A stretch of DNA of 64,000 nucleotides from an uncultured cyanobacterium. Lineage in GTDB: Bacteria > Cyanobacteriota > Cyanobacteriia > Cyanobacteriales > Nostocaceae. The notes below the pieces were generated by a model, which was not told where the DNA came from, did no database searches, and saw only the letters and a list, made by a program, of their open reading frames with translations. Positions 44,195 to 54,915 of the stretch are shown piece after piece. The position numbers and the translations under genes were made by a program. Every line of letters begins with the position of its first letter. Positions within the stretch are counted from its first letter, which is position 1. The DNA lies in assembly GCA_963706595.1 (NCBI GenBank), contig OY970166.1, positions 3,808,001 to 3,872,000 on the forward strand, in the 5' to 3' direction.

Positions 44195-44797
44195 TTATTT
44201 GATCAAAGCCAAGTCTTCTGGTGTATTACAGTTAAATAACATCTCTGATGCTGGTAAAGACAAAACCTGTATAGGATGCTGATTCAGCCACTGCTGGAAT
44301 GACCGCCCGCCTTGATGGATAAATTCTAAAAGTTGCGGTAAACAGCGACGGCGATAAAAACCACATAGAGGTTCCCAGCCTTTAGTATGATGAACCAAAG
44401 TGGCGATCGCTTGATCCCCCACACTATCAAGTTCATTCACCCATGCTTGCAACACCTCCACCCGCAACCGAGGCAAATCACAAGCCAGTAACAATACCCA
44501 ATCTGTTTGTACCTGTGCCAACCCTTGGGCAAATCCTACCAGTGGGCCGTGGTCAGATGAGGCAGACAAAGGTACTTCCCGAATAAATTGACAACTAGAT
44601 AATACTAAGTGCTGATAGCGTTCTGGCCAGGGAGTGACGACATAAACATTATCTGTACAACCTGCGGCAACACCACAAACTAACTGTAACAAAGGCATCC
44701 CGCCAATAGAAATCAAGGCTTTATCCTCACCCATGCGAGAACTCTTTCCACCAGCTAAAACAATAGCGCTGAGTAACTGATTATGATTTATACCCAT
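44195..44797 (-). CDS. mobA: Molybdenum cofactor guanylyltransferase MobA
   Basis: LAGGKSSRMGEDKA, GPLVG, LACDLP, NCNTPEDL. Confidence 0.93.
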   Translation of the reverse strand: MGINHNQLLSAIVLAGGKSSRMGEDKALISIGGMPLLQLVCGVAAGCTDNVYVVTPWPERYQHLVLSSCQFIREVPLSASSDHGPLVGFAQGLAQVQTDWVLLLACDLPRLRVEVLQAWVNELDSVGDQAIATLVHHTKGWEPLCGFYRRRCLPQLLEFIHQGGRSFQQWLNQHPIQVLSLPASEMLFNCNTPEDLALIK

Positions 44798-44865
44798 TTT
44801 TTTACATAATCACCGTCTAATTACTGGTTAACTCCGTATGCTTTGGCTCCCCTCCTCGCTTGCGG

Positions 44866-46458
44866 CTATCCATTACCCGCATCTTTCTTAACAATCAAAC
44901 AAGATACTTAACATAAGCGGAAAAAGCTTGCTAAGTATAGTGTGGAGAGAACAGAATCGGGTAATGGAATCATGGAAAAGTGGGCAGCCAAGGAACTGTC
45001 TGGGGTAGACCTAGGAGACGTTCGTCGAAACAAGCGGTTAATCAAGATAGTAGAGGACTTAGCCGCACAGCCAGATTGTAGCGTACCACAAGCAAGTGGA
45101 AATATGGCAGCAACCAAAGCAGTATATAACTTTTGGAAATCACCATATTTTCCCGCCAGTGAAATTCGTCAAGGGCATATAGACAGCACAATCGAAAGAA
45201 TCAAAGAACATCAAATAGTCTTAGCGATTCAAGACACAACCAACATAGATTTAACAGACCACCCCAAAACGAAAGGAGTGGGTTATCTTGACCATCGTCA
45301 ATCATCAGGATTGAAAGTACATTCAACATTTGCAGCTACAAGTAATGGAGTGCCGTTAGGAATTCTGGAACAGCAGGTATGGGCTAGACCACCCGAAAAT
45401 TTGGGCATAGCGAAAAAACGTCGTCAAAGGGAAACACTTTTAAAAGAAAGTCAGCGCTGGTTAGATGGATTAGATGTGACACAAAATTCTGTCCCATCAG
45501 AGATTCAAGTAGTGACAATAGGGGACTCAGAAGCAGATATATTTGACCTATTTAATCTCAAACGTTCAGAAAATTCCCATTTGTTAATCCGTGGGACTCA
45601 CAACCGCAAAGTTGACCACTGTGCCAAGTATTTACATCAAGCAATCCGCCAAATTGAACCCCATGGAACACTGACAGCAGAGGTCAAACGTAGTCCAGAA
45701 CATAGTGCTAGAAAAGCGATACTCACAATTCGATTCACTAGTGTTGATATCCAAGTCCCATCACATCATATCGGGCGTTCACAGCTAAAACCTGTAAAGT
45801 TACAAGTAATTCTGGCATCAGAAGATCATTCACCACCCGGAATCAATCCTATTAGTTGGTTATTGCTCACCAGCCTTGAGATTCATAACTTACAGGATGC
45901 CGCACGTTGTGTGCAATGGTACACTTATCGTTGGTTGATAGAACGCTATCATTACACTTTAAAAAGTGGGTGTAGAATTGAGCAATTACAATTGTCCACT
46001 GCTGACCGCATCAATATGGCACTAGCCACTTATACTGTTGTCGCTTGGCGTTTGTTATGGCTAACTTACTCCTCACGAGTTCACCCTGATTTACCCTCTA
46101 ATACCGTTTTAGAAACTGATGAATGGCAATCTTTATGTGCCACTGTCAACAAGAATCCCATACCACCAAAAAAACCTCCGTCTTTACGAGAAGCCGTGCG
46201 AATGATTGCCACTCTCGGCGGCTTTCTGGCTCGCAATGGAGATGGTGAGCCGGGAGTTAAAACTATTTGGCGGGGTCTACGGCGATTACACGATATCGCC
46301 GCTACCTGGAAACTTCTCCATCCCGCTTCTCCACTTGATGTTTCTGCTTAAACATCGGCAAACCCTCTCCACAGGCGATCGCGCTGACTTAGAAACTTCT
46401 ATCATCCCTACACAGTCTAGCTTACAGTCATGTTAAGAAAGATGTGGGTAATGGATAG
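44866..46458 (+). mobile_element. Complete IS4-family (IS50/Tn5-like) insertion sequence, 1593 bp
   Basis: 28-bp TIR ctatccattacccrcatctttcttaaca; 10-bp DR tcgcttgcgg at 44856-44865 and 46459-46468. Confidence 0.95.
44972..46351 (+). CDS. IS4-family transposase
   Basis: WAAKEL..DLGD.RR..RL, IQDTT, GDSEAD, YTYRWLIERYHYTLK (YREK), LGGFLAR..DGEPG. Confidence 0.95.
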   Translation: MEKWAAKELSGVDLGDVRRNKRLIKIVEDLAAQPDCSVPQASGNMAATKAVYNFWKSPYFPASEIRQGHIDSTIERIKEHQIVLAIQDTTNIDLTDHPKTKGVGYLDHRQSSGLKVHSTFAATSNGVPLGILEQQVWARPPENLGIAKKRRQRETLLKESQRWLDGLDVTQNSVPSEIQVVTIGDSEADIFDLFNLKRSENSHLLIRGTHNRKVDHCAKYLHQAIRQIEPHGTLTAEVKRSPEHSARKAILTIRFTSVDIQVPSHHIGRSQLKPVKLQVILASEDHSPPGINPISWLLLTSLEIHNLQDAARCVQWYTYRWLIERYHYTLKSGCRIEQLQLSTADRINMALATYTVVAWRLLWLTYSSRVHPDLPSNTVLETDEWQSLCATVNKNPIPPKKPPSLREAVRMIATLGGFLARNGDGEPGVKTIWRGLRRLHDIAATWKLLHPASPLDVSA

Positions 46459-46520
46459 TCGCTTGCGGGGAGGGGTTGGGGGTGGGGTTCTAGACTGTGG
46501 CAAACATAACTGACTTAATC

Positions 46521-48578
46521 TCAAGCCCTAGTCTGACTTTGCTGCACTTGCTGTAGCAACTGTTCTTCACCTTCAGCCGGTGCAAGACACTGGAAACCTT
46601 GGCAAACTAAACCAACGCTACCCGATGGTAAATCAGACACCACAGCAAACTCCGTCACAGGTAGATACTTAGTCATCAGAGGAATTATCTGCTCAAGCGT
46701 GCTGCGAATCAAAGTAGAATTACGATACCAATCTAAGGCTGTAAACAAACTGGGGCAAGCCTGGGGAGCGCTACGCATCACGCTACTAAAGGCTTTCAGT
46801 CCTTGTTCGGCTAAATCCAAATAATGTAGATTATCCGTGAGTAGGGCAAGACGGACTAAGTTAGCGATCGCCACTCCATTCGCAGATGGTGTAGCATTAT
46901 CTGCATAACTGCGCTCGCGCACAATTAAATCTTGACTAGCATCAGTAGCGGTATTGAAATAGCCACCTAATTCTACACTCCAAAGAAACTCATTGAATTG
47001 ATCTTGCAGTGCGATCGCAGTTTCTAACCAAGATTTTTGTTCTGGTAAACAAGCGTATAAATCCAGTAGCGCCTTAATAAACAAAGCGTAATCTTCAGAC
47101 TGCGCCAACACAGCAGCTTCACCTTGATAATTGAGTCGATGGAAACGCCCATCTACAAACTGATGTTGCAGAATAAAATGTGCGGCTTGTGTAGCCATTT
47201 CCAGATATAAAGGTTGTTGAAACACCGCACCAGCCCTAGCCAACCCAGAAATCATCAAACTATTCCAAGCCACAATCATCTTAGTATCTGTCACCGCCGG
47301 AATCCGCCCAGGCCAACCGCCAGTTTTAGCCTCCTGATTATTCGCAGCAGGCGGAAAAATTTTCAATAATTCTGGCTTCTGACCATAACGCGCCGCAAAC
47401 AACTTACTCAAAGCAACTTCTATCGTTGCGCTCAGTTCCCCCTGATGGCGGCGTTGTAAAACATTTTGTCCTTCAAAATTCCCATTAGGTGTCACCGTAA
47501 ACTGTTGTTGTAATTCCGTTAGTTCCTCTGGCGTTAACAGTTCTTCAAGTTCGCTATAACTCCAGACATAAAAAGCGCCTTCCTCCGGTTCTACATCCGT
47601 CGCGCTAGTAAAACTATCAGCATCTTGAGCCGCATAAAAATAACCTTCTGGAGCCGTCATTTCCCGCCGTAGCCATTCCACAGTCCCAGCCACCGACCTC
47701 ATAAATGCGGGTTCTTTAACTCCATCACTCCATAAATTTGCGAGATACTCCACAATTTGACCATTGTCATAGAGCATCTTTTCAAAGTGAGGCACTGTCC
47801 AAGTGGGATCAACAGTATAGCGATGAAAACCACCACCCAGATGATCATAAATACCCCCTAAAGCTAAATCTAGTCCCCGTTGAGTACAAATTTCTTTGCC
47901 ATCATACTGAGATGGAAATAAAAACCGAGTTCCCCGTAATCCTAATTCTGCATAGGGGATCATCGGAAAGCTATTACCGGACTGACTCGGAGTAATTACG
48001 CCTGTGCTAGTTTCCCAACCTTGGCGAAGCAATTCATTTTCTGCAACTTGATTTGTCGCGCCATCTTGCAATACCGCAGAGGTGAGGAGCGACTCAATAA
48101 TTAATGCTTTACGTTGGCTTAAATCCTCTTTTTCTGTATCGTAGTAGCGGCGCAGCGCTTGCAAAACTTGCAAAAATCCCGGACGACCGTAACGGGGTTC
48201 CACAGGAAAGTAAGTTCCAGCGTAAAACGGCACTAAATCCTCTGGGGATAAAAAGACATTTAAAGGCCAACCACCTTGACCACTCATCATCTGCAAAGCC
48301 TGCATATAGATACTATCGAGGTCTGGTCTTTCTTCCCTATCGACTTTAATCGGTAAAAAATTGGCATTCATATACTCAGCAATAGCTGGGTCTGAGAAAG
48401 CCTCACATTCCATGACAGTACACCAGTGGCAACTGGAATAACCAATAGAGAGAAAAATTGGTTTATTTTGCTCCCTTGCACTTGCAAGAGCTTCGTCACA
48501 CCAAGACCACCAATCAATCGGGTTTTCGGCGTGTTTGCGGAGATAGAGACTCTTAGCTTCAGCAAGGCGATTAGTCAT
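46521..48578 (-). CDS. Thioredoxin-domain protein (YyaL/SSP411 family)
   Basis: NRLA..KSLYL..HA.NP, GYSSCHWC, KVDREERPD, PHFEKMLYDN. Confidence 0.92.
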   Translation of the reverse strand: MTNRLAEAKSLYLRKHAENPIDWWSWCDEALASAREQNKPIFLSIGYSSCHWCTVMECEAFSDPAIAEYMNANFLPIKVDREERPDLDSIYMQALQMMSGQGGWPLNVFLSPEDLVPFYAGTYFPVEPRYGRPGFLQVLQALRRYYDTEKEDLSQRKALIIESLLTSAVLQDGATNQVAENELLRQGWETSTGVITPSQSGNSFPMIPYAELGLRGTRFLFPSQYDGKEICTQRGLDLALGGIYDHLGGGFHRYTVDPTWTVPHFEKMLYDNGQIVEYLANLWSDGVKEPAFMRSVAGTVEWLRREMTAPEGYFYAAQDADSFTSATDVEPEEGAFYVWSYSELEELLTPEELTELQQQFTVTPNGNFEGQNVLQRRHQGELSATIEVALSKLFAARYGQKPELLKIFPPAANNQEAKTGGWPGRIPAVTDTKMIVAWNSLMISGLARAGAVFQQPLYLEMATQAAHFILQHQFVDGRFHRLNYQGEAAVLAQSEDYALFIKALLDLYACLPEQKSWLETAIALQDQFNEFLWSVELGGYFNTATDASQDLIVRERSYADNATPSANGVAIANLVRLALLTDNLHYLDLAEQGLKAFSSVMRSAPQACPSLFTALDWYRNSTLIRSTLEQIIPLMTKYLPVTEFAVVSDLPSGSVGLVCQGFQCLAPAEGEEQLLQQVQQSQTRA

Positions 48579-49615
48579 AATTCAGATGCAGATAGTTGCC
48601 TTATTTGCTCAGTTTACCTTTTTCTGAGGAGCCTGAGCCTAGAACCATATCTACACAAGCAAAAAACTCAACCAGCGACTTATCCCTTGAGTACCAGACC
48701 AACTAATTTATCAACTAGCTATTCATCGAAAAGATCGTAATAAAAAGCTCACAATTGTGACTCGCGTTTCTGGTGTCGATGAGGTTGTCCTTGTTTGAAT
48801 TCGATAATTGGGGCTAAGACTTGCTATCAGGTGGAGTAAAAAGGTAATTATAGCGGCTTGCACAAGTTTTTCAGGCATGGCAGGTATCCCTTCGTTAATA
48901 GCACTTCAAGTAGGAGCGATTTGTGTAAATACACGCCTGACTATTGGTTTACCGGACTTGACAAGGATTAACCGGATAATTGCTCAAAAAGAAGCTAAAA
49001 AAATGTTTAAAAAGTTACCAATAGTTGACATGAATTTACTATAAATACACTTTATCCAGTGGTCTGTATTGATATCCTCCTATCTAGGTTGTAAAATCGA
49101 TGCACAAATTTTTCGGCAAGAAAAGGTCTTGTCGTAGACATCAGCTGTTTATTTTTTAATTTTTTTCCTCCCTGACTACATGGAGATAGGGGATATATTT
49201 CTATAGACGTTGCTTTTCTATCAAAAGTGCCTATGAGGTTTTTTTCATCTGTCCATAGATCAAGAATTAGCAAAAATTTGGGCAAAAACAGCAATCAGCC
49301 CTTAACAGTGATTTTTTTGAACTAACCGCAAAGGCGTGAAACAGAAAGAGAAGAAAGAGTGGGAAAAAATTGCTGAACTGAACTGTATTGGCAGCAATGG
49401 GAGCCAGCTTCGCTGAACGTCCGAACGGGGATCATAGGACTGGGAAAGATCGGCGTAAACTGCACAACCAATTTAAATCAATGAAAAGCCTATGATATAA
49501 GCTTTTTTATTGTGGACTGTGGACTGTGGACTTCACGGCAGTGCTAGCCTTTAGGCACGAGGAGTATCAAGCCGATAAGATAGATATAAAATTAGAATAC
49601 CTACAAGCACGCTGC

Positions 49616-50227
49616 ATGATTCCTATCGTTGTTGAACAATCTGGTCGAGGCGAACGCGCCTTTGATATCTACTCACGACTGTTGCGTGAGCGCATCATAT
49701 TTTTGGGACAACAGGTTGATAACGACATTGCAAATTTGATTGTTGCCCAACTGCTATTCTTGGATGCGGAAGACTCGGAGAAAGACATTTATTTGTATAT
49801 TAATTCTCCCGGCGGTTCGGTAATGGCTGGCATGGGAATTTTTGACACCATGAAGCACATCCGTCCTGATGTCTGTACTATTTGTACTGGACTAGGAGCA
49901 AGTATGGGTGCTTTCCTACTGAGTGCAGGTGCTAAGGGTAAGCGAATGAGTCTGCCCCATTCTCGGATTATGATTCATCAACCCTTGGGTGGCGCTCAGG
50001 GACAGGCGACGGATATTGAAATTCAAGCGCGCGAGATATTATACCACAAGCAGCGGCTAAATGAATATTTAGCTGAACATACTGGTCAACCAATTGAGCG
50101 TATTGCTGAAGATACCGAACGCGATTTCTTTATGTCTCCAGAGGAAGCTAAGGAATATGGCTTAATTGACCAAGTTATTGACCGTCACGCTGCTGGTAGC
50201 CGTCCGGTTGCTGTTCTTAATCAGTAG
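49616..50227 (+). CDS. clpP: ATP-dependent Clp protease proteolytic subunit
   Basis: [40 protein letters not shown] at 49616. Confidence 0.96.
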   Translation: MIPIVVEQSGRGERAFDIYSRLLRERIIFLGQQVDNDIANLIVAQLLFLDAEDSEKDIYLYINSPGGSVMAGMGIFDTMKHIRPDVCTICTGLGASMGAFLLSAGAKGKRMSLPHSRIMIHQPLGGAQGQATDIEIQAREILYHKQRLNEYLAEHTGQPIERIAEDTERDFFMSPEEAKEYGLIDQVIDRHAAGSRPVAVLNQ

Positions 50228-50236
50228 TGAATAATG

Positions 50237-50395
50237 GGAGTAGGGAGTAGGGAGTAGGGAGTAGGGAGTAGGGAGTAGGGAGTAGGGAGTAGGGAGTAGG
50301 GAGTAGGGGGAAGAAATTTCTCCATCCCATCCAGTCCCCAGTCCCCAGTCCCCAGTCCCCAGTCCCCAGTCCCCAGTCCCCAGTCCCCAGTCCCT
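50237..50395. repeat. STRR tracts (gggagta)n and (ccccagt)n between convergent genes
   Basis: About ten and nine heptamer units read directly. Confidence 0.93.
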
Positions 50396-50397
50396 GT

Positions 50398-51261
50398 TCA
50401 AAATCCCGCTACTGGGTCTGGCTGAGACTCCAGGTGTTCGAGAAAACTGTGCAATTCTTCTTCGGTTAGCAAAGTGCGTCCCCGCTTGCCGTAAGTTTTA
50501 ATTAAATGCTCTCTTCCCTGTTCTGGTGTCCAGCCTAAGCGCTGAAGTTCGACATCTGTTTTAGCAATGACATCAGACAAGTCCACTGGTTCACTTCTCT
50601 TATTTTTCTTACCTAGCCCTATTTGATTACTTACACTGTCTGGTGGATTATAACTGCGGGGTGTAAATGGTGTGACATTACTCGCAAAATTTCCCGCAAA
50701 TGTCTGACGTTCCGGCTGGTTATCAGGCATCGTTTCCCGGTTTTCAAATGGGGTATCTAATTCTAGATGCCGGTCGTGGGTTGCAGAAACGTTTTGATTA
50801 AAATCGTGATCAGTGCTTTTTGTGTCCCTTGTGACTGACTCTGTGTTGGAATTTTTTTCACTTAGAGGCGGTAGAGATATTTCTCTGTCGTTGGGTGCTG
50901 ACCACTGGCTACTGCCAAAGTCTTCATCGATAACAGGGGAATAGCTAGCCTGATGGGGTTCGTTAACTTCTACCTCGTCTGTGTTCAAGGCAGAATTTAA
51001 CTGCTCCGGGGCTGTTGCTTGGGCAGCAAATTCTACCGATACCTGTGGAGAATTGCTAATGCCCAAAACCATTAATGCTCGAGTTCTGGCTTTATCTTCT
51101 GCTACTTCTACGGTTTCTGCCCCCGCCATACCAGTAGCACGGGTAACATTTTCAATTTGCAGTGAGCATCGGACAATGTATTTTCCTTGGAAAATTTGCA
51201 CTAATTCAGTAATAATACTGCCCTGGGGATACAAGCTCTGAAATTGAGCTAACATCAACAT
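50398..51261 (-). CDS. Hypothetical protein (folded-looking ends, disordered middle)
   Basis: 287-aa ORF; RATGMAGAETVEVAEDKARTRAL; C-terminal RLGWTPEQGREHL...LTEEEL. Confidence 0.78.
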   Translation of the reverse strand: MLMLAQFQSLYPQGSIITELVQIFQGKYIVRCSLQIENVTRATGMAGAETVEVAEDKARTRALMVLGISNSPQVSVEFAAQATAPEQLNSALNTDEVEVNEPHQASYSPVIDEDFGSSQWSAPNDREISLPPLSEKNSNTESVTRDTKSTDHDFNQNVSATHDRHLELDTPFENRETMPDNQPERQTFAGNFASNVTPFTPRSYNPPDSVSNQIGLGKKNKRSEPVDLSDVIAKTDVELQRLGWTPEQGREHLIKTYGKRGRTLLTEEELHSFLEHLESQPDPVAGF

Positions 51262-52098
51262 AATACTGCCACCAATCTAAATCTGCTTTGTAACGAAAAG
51301 TGGACTACTCTTTCCTGTGTCTCCAAAAAAGAAAAATTAAAGTTTCTTTCTGACTCAGGACTCAGCAAGGACTAAACGCCCCGCTACCGCTCTAAGCGCA
51401 GCTATGCCCGCAGGGCTTTACAGCACTCAGTTGTGTCCCGATTGTAGCAGTAGCTGTTGGTTGAGTAACTCTAGGTGACCACTGTTTAAATGCTATACTA
51501 ATTACCCAATTCTATATCCGAAATTATTTTCTGGATGTACGCACTAAATCTACAATAATGGAGATAAGGTTCGCCCTCACTGCTTGTTAAGCTGCTTACC
51601 TGATTGTTACCGATTCTACATATAGGAAAATCGGGTGTACTGGCAGTTTATTTTACTTACACATCAGAGTCTCATGTTGTTAAAGTACCTGAAATATAGA
51701 CAATCAAACACTTGTGGTTTACTCTGGTAGCGCTTGCGGTCTGCGTGGAGAGTTATCCCAATCCAGCCTCTTTTAAAACTCGTTGCGTAATTACCTAGAG
51801 TTGCTCAATTCCAATCAGGTGTACTGTATTAAGTTGGGTTACTAAAAGGGACTTTGACTCAAACGAACTCACCAGATGATTTTGCAGTGCGAGGTTCGTA
51901 AACTCAAAGTGGCTGACCGTAAGGGTGAGTTGGCTTCCTTACTCTGAACAGAAACCCTGCCTCAAGGCATTCGTTTCCAGCTAGTGTAGTTAGGCAGAAG
52001 TGACCGACTATCTGACAACAAGTCGTTGTCTCCGATGCCCGCAGGGCTTCACGCGCAGCGTCTCCCCTGCTCCCAAAGGGAGAAAGCTACAAAGAAAA

Positions 52099-52244
52099 CT
52101 GACTTTTCATGGAAACTGTAAAACCCCTCTCCAAACTTCTCCCCTGTAAGGAGAGATATTTTAAATTTTCCCCGTTCTCTAGTCGGAAAGGGGGCTAGAG
52201 GGTGAGGTTATACGATAATCTTTCCTCATGACCTGAAAAGTCAG
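52099..52244. mobile_element. MITE with TIR ctgacttttca
   Basis: ctgacttttca...tgaaaagtcag; interior resembles that of the MITE at 30218-30369. Confidence 0.65.
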
Positions 52245-52417
52245 CAGATAAAAAAGTCCTTTGACTTTTGCGTAGCAGCAAAGCGTGTCTGTAAGCCCTG
52301 TTTGCCCTGCGTCTCCCCGAATCCCAAAGGGAGAGGCTAGCGCCAAGGGAGAGGGTATACACCGAAAGGGACAGATTAAATGAAAAATGATGTTTTGACC
52401 AAAGGTCGGTTCACTGC

Positions 52418-54742
52418 ATGGAATTTTCTATCGCTACACTCCTTGCCAATTTCACTGATGATAAATTGGTTGCTCGTAAAGTTTTGGAAAAGAAACTAGG
52501 TTGCGAGGATGAAATTAGTTTACAAAAACTTCACATTGCCTTGGAAGTTCTGGAAAAAATCGGAATTCTGGTGAAAGAACGCGGCAAATATCGCCGGGTG
52601 GCCGAAGAAGGTGTGATTGAAGCCAAACTCCGTTGTTCTAGTAAAGGCTTTTGCTTTGCTATTCAAGATGTGGAAGGAGCAGAGGATATTTATATTCGTG
52701 AAAGCCATCTGAGTAATGCTTGGAATGGCGATCGCGTTTTGGTTAGAGTCCTCAAAGAAGGTAGTCGTCGTCGTTCTCCAGAAGGAGAAGTTAAGCTGAT
52801 CCTGGAACGTTCCAACCACACATTACTGGCACGAATTAAGCCAGTAGAAAACGGTTTTCGGGCTGTACCTTTAGATGATCGACTGCTGTTTGAACTCAAA
52901 ATCCAAACAAATGGCATGAAATTAGAAGAAGCCATCGACCACCTCGCCCACGTGGAAGTGCTGCGTTATCCTCTAGCACAATACCCCCCACTGGGTCGAG
53001 TGGTACAAATCCTGGGTAGCGATGCCGAGGCAGCTGCTGATATAGATTTGGTAACTTGTAAGCATGATTTGTCCCGTAATTTCCCTGATTCAATTCTAGA
53101 TGCGGCCGCTAGGTTGCCCAAAAGGCTCCTGAAAGCAGACCTGAAAGACAAACTAGATTTACGTAATTTATTTACCCTGACGATTGCAGGTGTAAATGTT
53201 GACAGTAAATTTATTGAGAATGCTTTCAGTTTAGAAAAAACAGCAGAGGGACATTGGCTTTTAGGCGTTCACGTTGCTGACGTTGCCCATTATGTTCACC
53301 CTGACGAACCCCTAGATAGAGAATCTGTAAAACGGGGAAAATCAGTATATTTGGGAGATTTGGTGCTGCCAATGTTACCCGAAGGGGTGGCTGAACGCTG
53401 TTCATTCGTAGCAGGAAGCGATCGCCTAGCCCTCTCCTTCTTAATTGCCATTGATCCACAGTCTGGAGAAGCGTTGGAGTGGGAAATTCAACCCAGCGTG
53501 ATCAATGTAGATACGGATCTGAGTCGGCAAGAAGCAGAAGCTATTCTTAGAGGTGAATTTGAAGATGAAGCTCCAAAGGTAATTGAGATTGTGCAAGACC
53601 TAGAAACATTGCGAAAGGCAGTCAAACAGACGCGCCTAGCTCGTGGTAGCTTGCAGTTAAATCTACCGCCTAACCAAAACCCTTACTATGATGAGGGGAT
53701 CTTGGGAGCAGTATTGGTCAATGATTTACCAGTGCGATCGCTGTTGACAGAGTTCGTGCTACTAGTGAATGAACTCATGGCCAAACATCTCAGTGCTTTA
53801 GGTGTTCCCGCCATTTGGCGAGTCCAAGGGACACCGGATACCGAAGATGTTCAGGAAATGCTAAAATTAGCCATAAATTTAGGTGTAGAACTCACACTAG
53901 AAGCAGAAGTAGAAATTCAACCTTTAGATTATCAACATTTAACTGGGGCTTTTGCTGAATCGCCATCAGAACAAGTTCTAACTTATCTATTGCAAGATAC
54001 ACTCAAACCAGCTGCCTATAACACCACGAAAGGAACGCACTTTGGTTTGTCGCTAGAGCAATATACACACTGTACTTCTCCTCTGCGAAGATACCCAGAT
54101 TTGCTCATGCAAAGAGTGTATTATAGGTTACTTGAACATGGACGCGATCGCCGCAATACCCGTGTAAAAGAGCGAGTTAATCTGCGCCATTCTTCTTCTC
54201 ACCACGAAATTAACTGGAACGTTCTCCCGCCAGAATTGCAACAAGAACTTCAAAGTGATTTGCATCGGGTAATTATCCAGATTAACGACAGAGAAAAAGA
54301 AGTCCAAGAAGCCGAAGCCGATTTAGCCGGACTGCAAAAAGCCCAACTGATGAAACAGCGTATCGGTCAGGTATTCCAGGGTGTCATTACTGGTGTGCAG
54401 TCTTATGGCTTCTTTGTGGAAATTGAAGTTCCAGCCGCCGAATCGAGTCCTGGAGAAGATATCAGCGTACCTCTACGGGTAGAAGGACTGGTACACGTCA
54501 GTTCCCTCAAAGATGACTGGTATGAATATCGCGCCAGACAACAGGCACTATTTGGGCGCAAAAATCGAGCTTCTTACAGACTAGGCGATCGCGTAGCCGT
54601 ACAAGTTAAAAGTGTCGATTACTATCGTCAGCAAATTGATTTAGTAACTGTCAGCAGTGATCTTGTAGCTAAAGGTTTGGGTGACAATGCTACTAACAGT
54701 GACGCATCAGATGTATACTTACCCAGCAACTTAGATACATGA
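52418..54742 (+). CDS. RNase R/RNase II (RNB) family protein, Zam-like, with degenerate catalytic motif
   Basis: CSD (KGFCFA..DIYI), GVHVADVAHYV, HFGL..YTHCTSPLRRYPDL, S1 domain (EGLVHVSSL). Confidence 0.9.
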   Translation: MEFSIATLLANFTDDKLVARKVLEKKLGCEDEISLQKLHIALEVLEKIGILVKERGKYRRVAEEGVIEAKLRCSSKGFCFAIQDVEGAEDIYIRESHLSNAWNGDRVLVRVLKEGSRRRSPEGEVKLILERSNHTLLARIKPVENGFRAVPLDDRLLFELKIQTNGMKLEEAIDHLAHVEVLRYPLAQYPPLGRVVQILGSDAEAAADIDLVTCKHDLSRNFPDSILDAAARLPKRLLKADLKDKLDLRNLFTLTIAGVNVDSKFIENAFSLEKTAEGHWLLGVHVADVAHYVHPDEPLDRESVKRGKSVYLGDLVLPMLPEGVAERCSFVAGSDRLALSFLIAIDPQSGEALEWEIQPSVINVDTDLSRQEAEAILRGEFEDEAPKVIEIVQDLETLRKAVKQTRLARGSLQLNLPPNQNPYYDEGILGAVLVNDLPVRSLLTEFVLLVNELMAKHLSALGVPAIWRVQGTPDTEDVQEMLKLAINLGVELTLEAEVEIQPLDYQHLTGAFAESPSEQVLTYLLQDTLKPAAYNTTKGTHFGLSLEQYTHCTSPLRRYPDLLMQRVYYRLLEHGRDRRNTRVKERVNLRHSSSHHEINWNVLPPELQQELQSDLHRVIIQINDREKEVQEAEADLAGLQKAQLMKQRIGQVFQGVITGVQSYGFFVEIEVPAAESSPGEDISVPLRVEGLVHVSSLKDDWYEYRARQQALFGRKNRASYRLGDRVAVQVKSVDYYRQQIDLVTVSSDLVAKGLGDNATNSDASDVYLPSNLDT

Positions 54743-54915
54743 CATATCCCTCCACTCAGTGCCAGAGGTGAGTGATTGCTCACCAATAAACACTTATTGG
54801 TTTCCTAGTTACTCCCCTTCGGCTGAAGCTCACGGCACCAGCCGAACGGGATTTTGACACTTGCCTAAATCGAGTTACCCCAACCCCTCACAAGATAAAC
54901 TGTACTAAAAGCCCC

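Noticed and set aside
50162..50401. 79-aa ORF with GDWGLGT and YSLLPTP repeats
   Set aside because: Pure STRR heptamer translation, antisense to clpP
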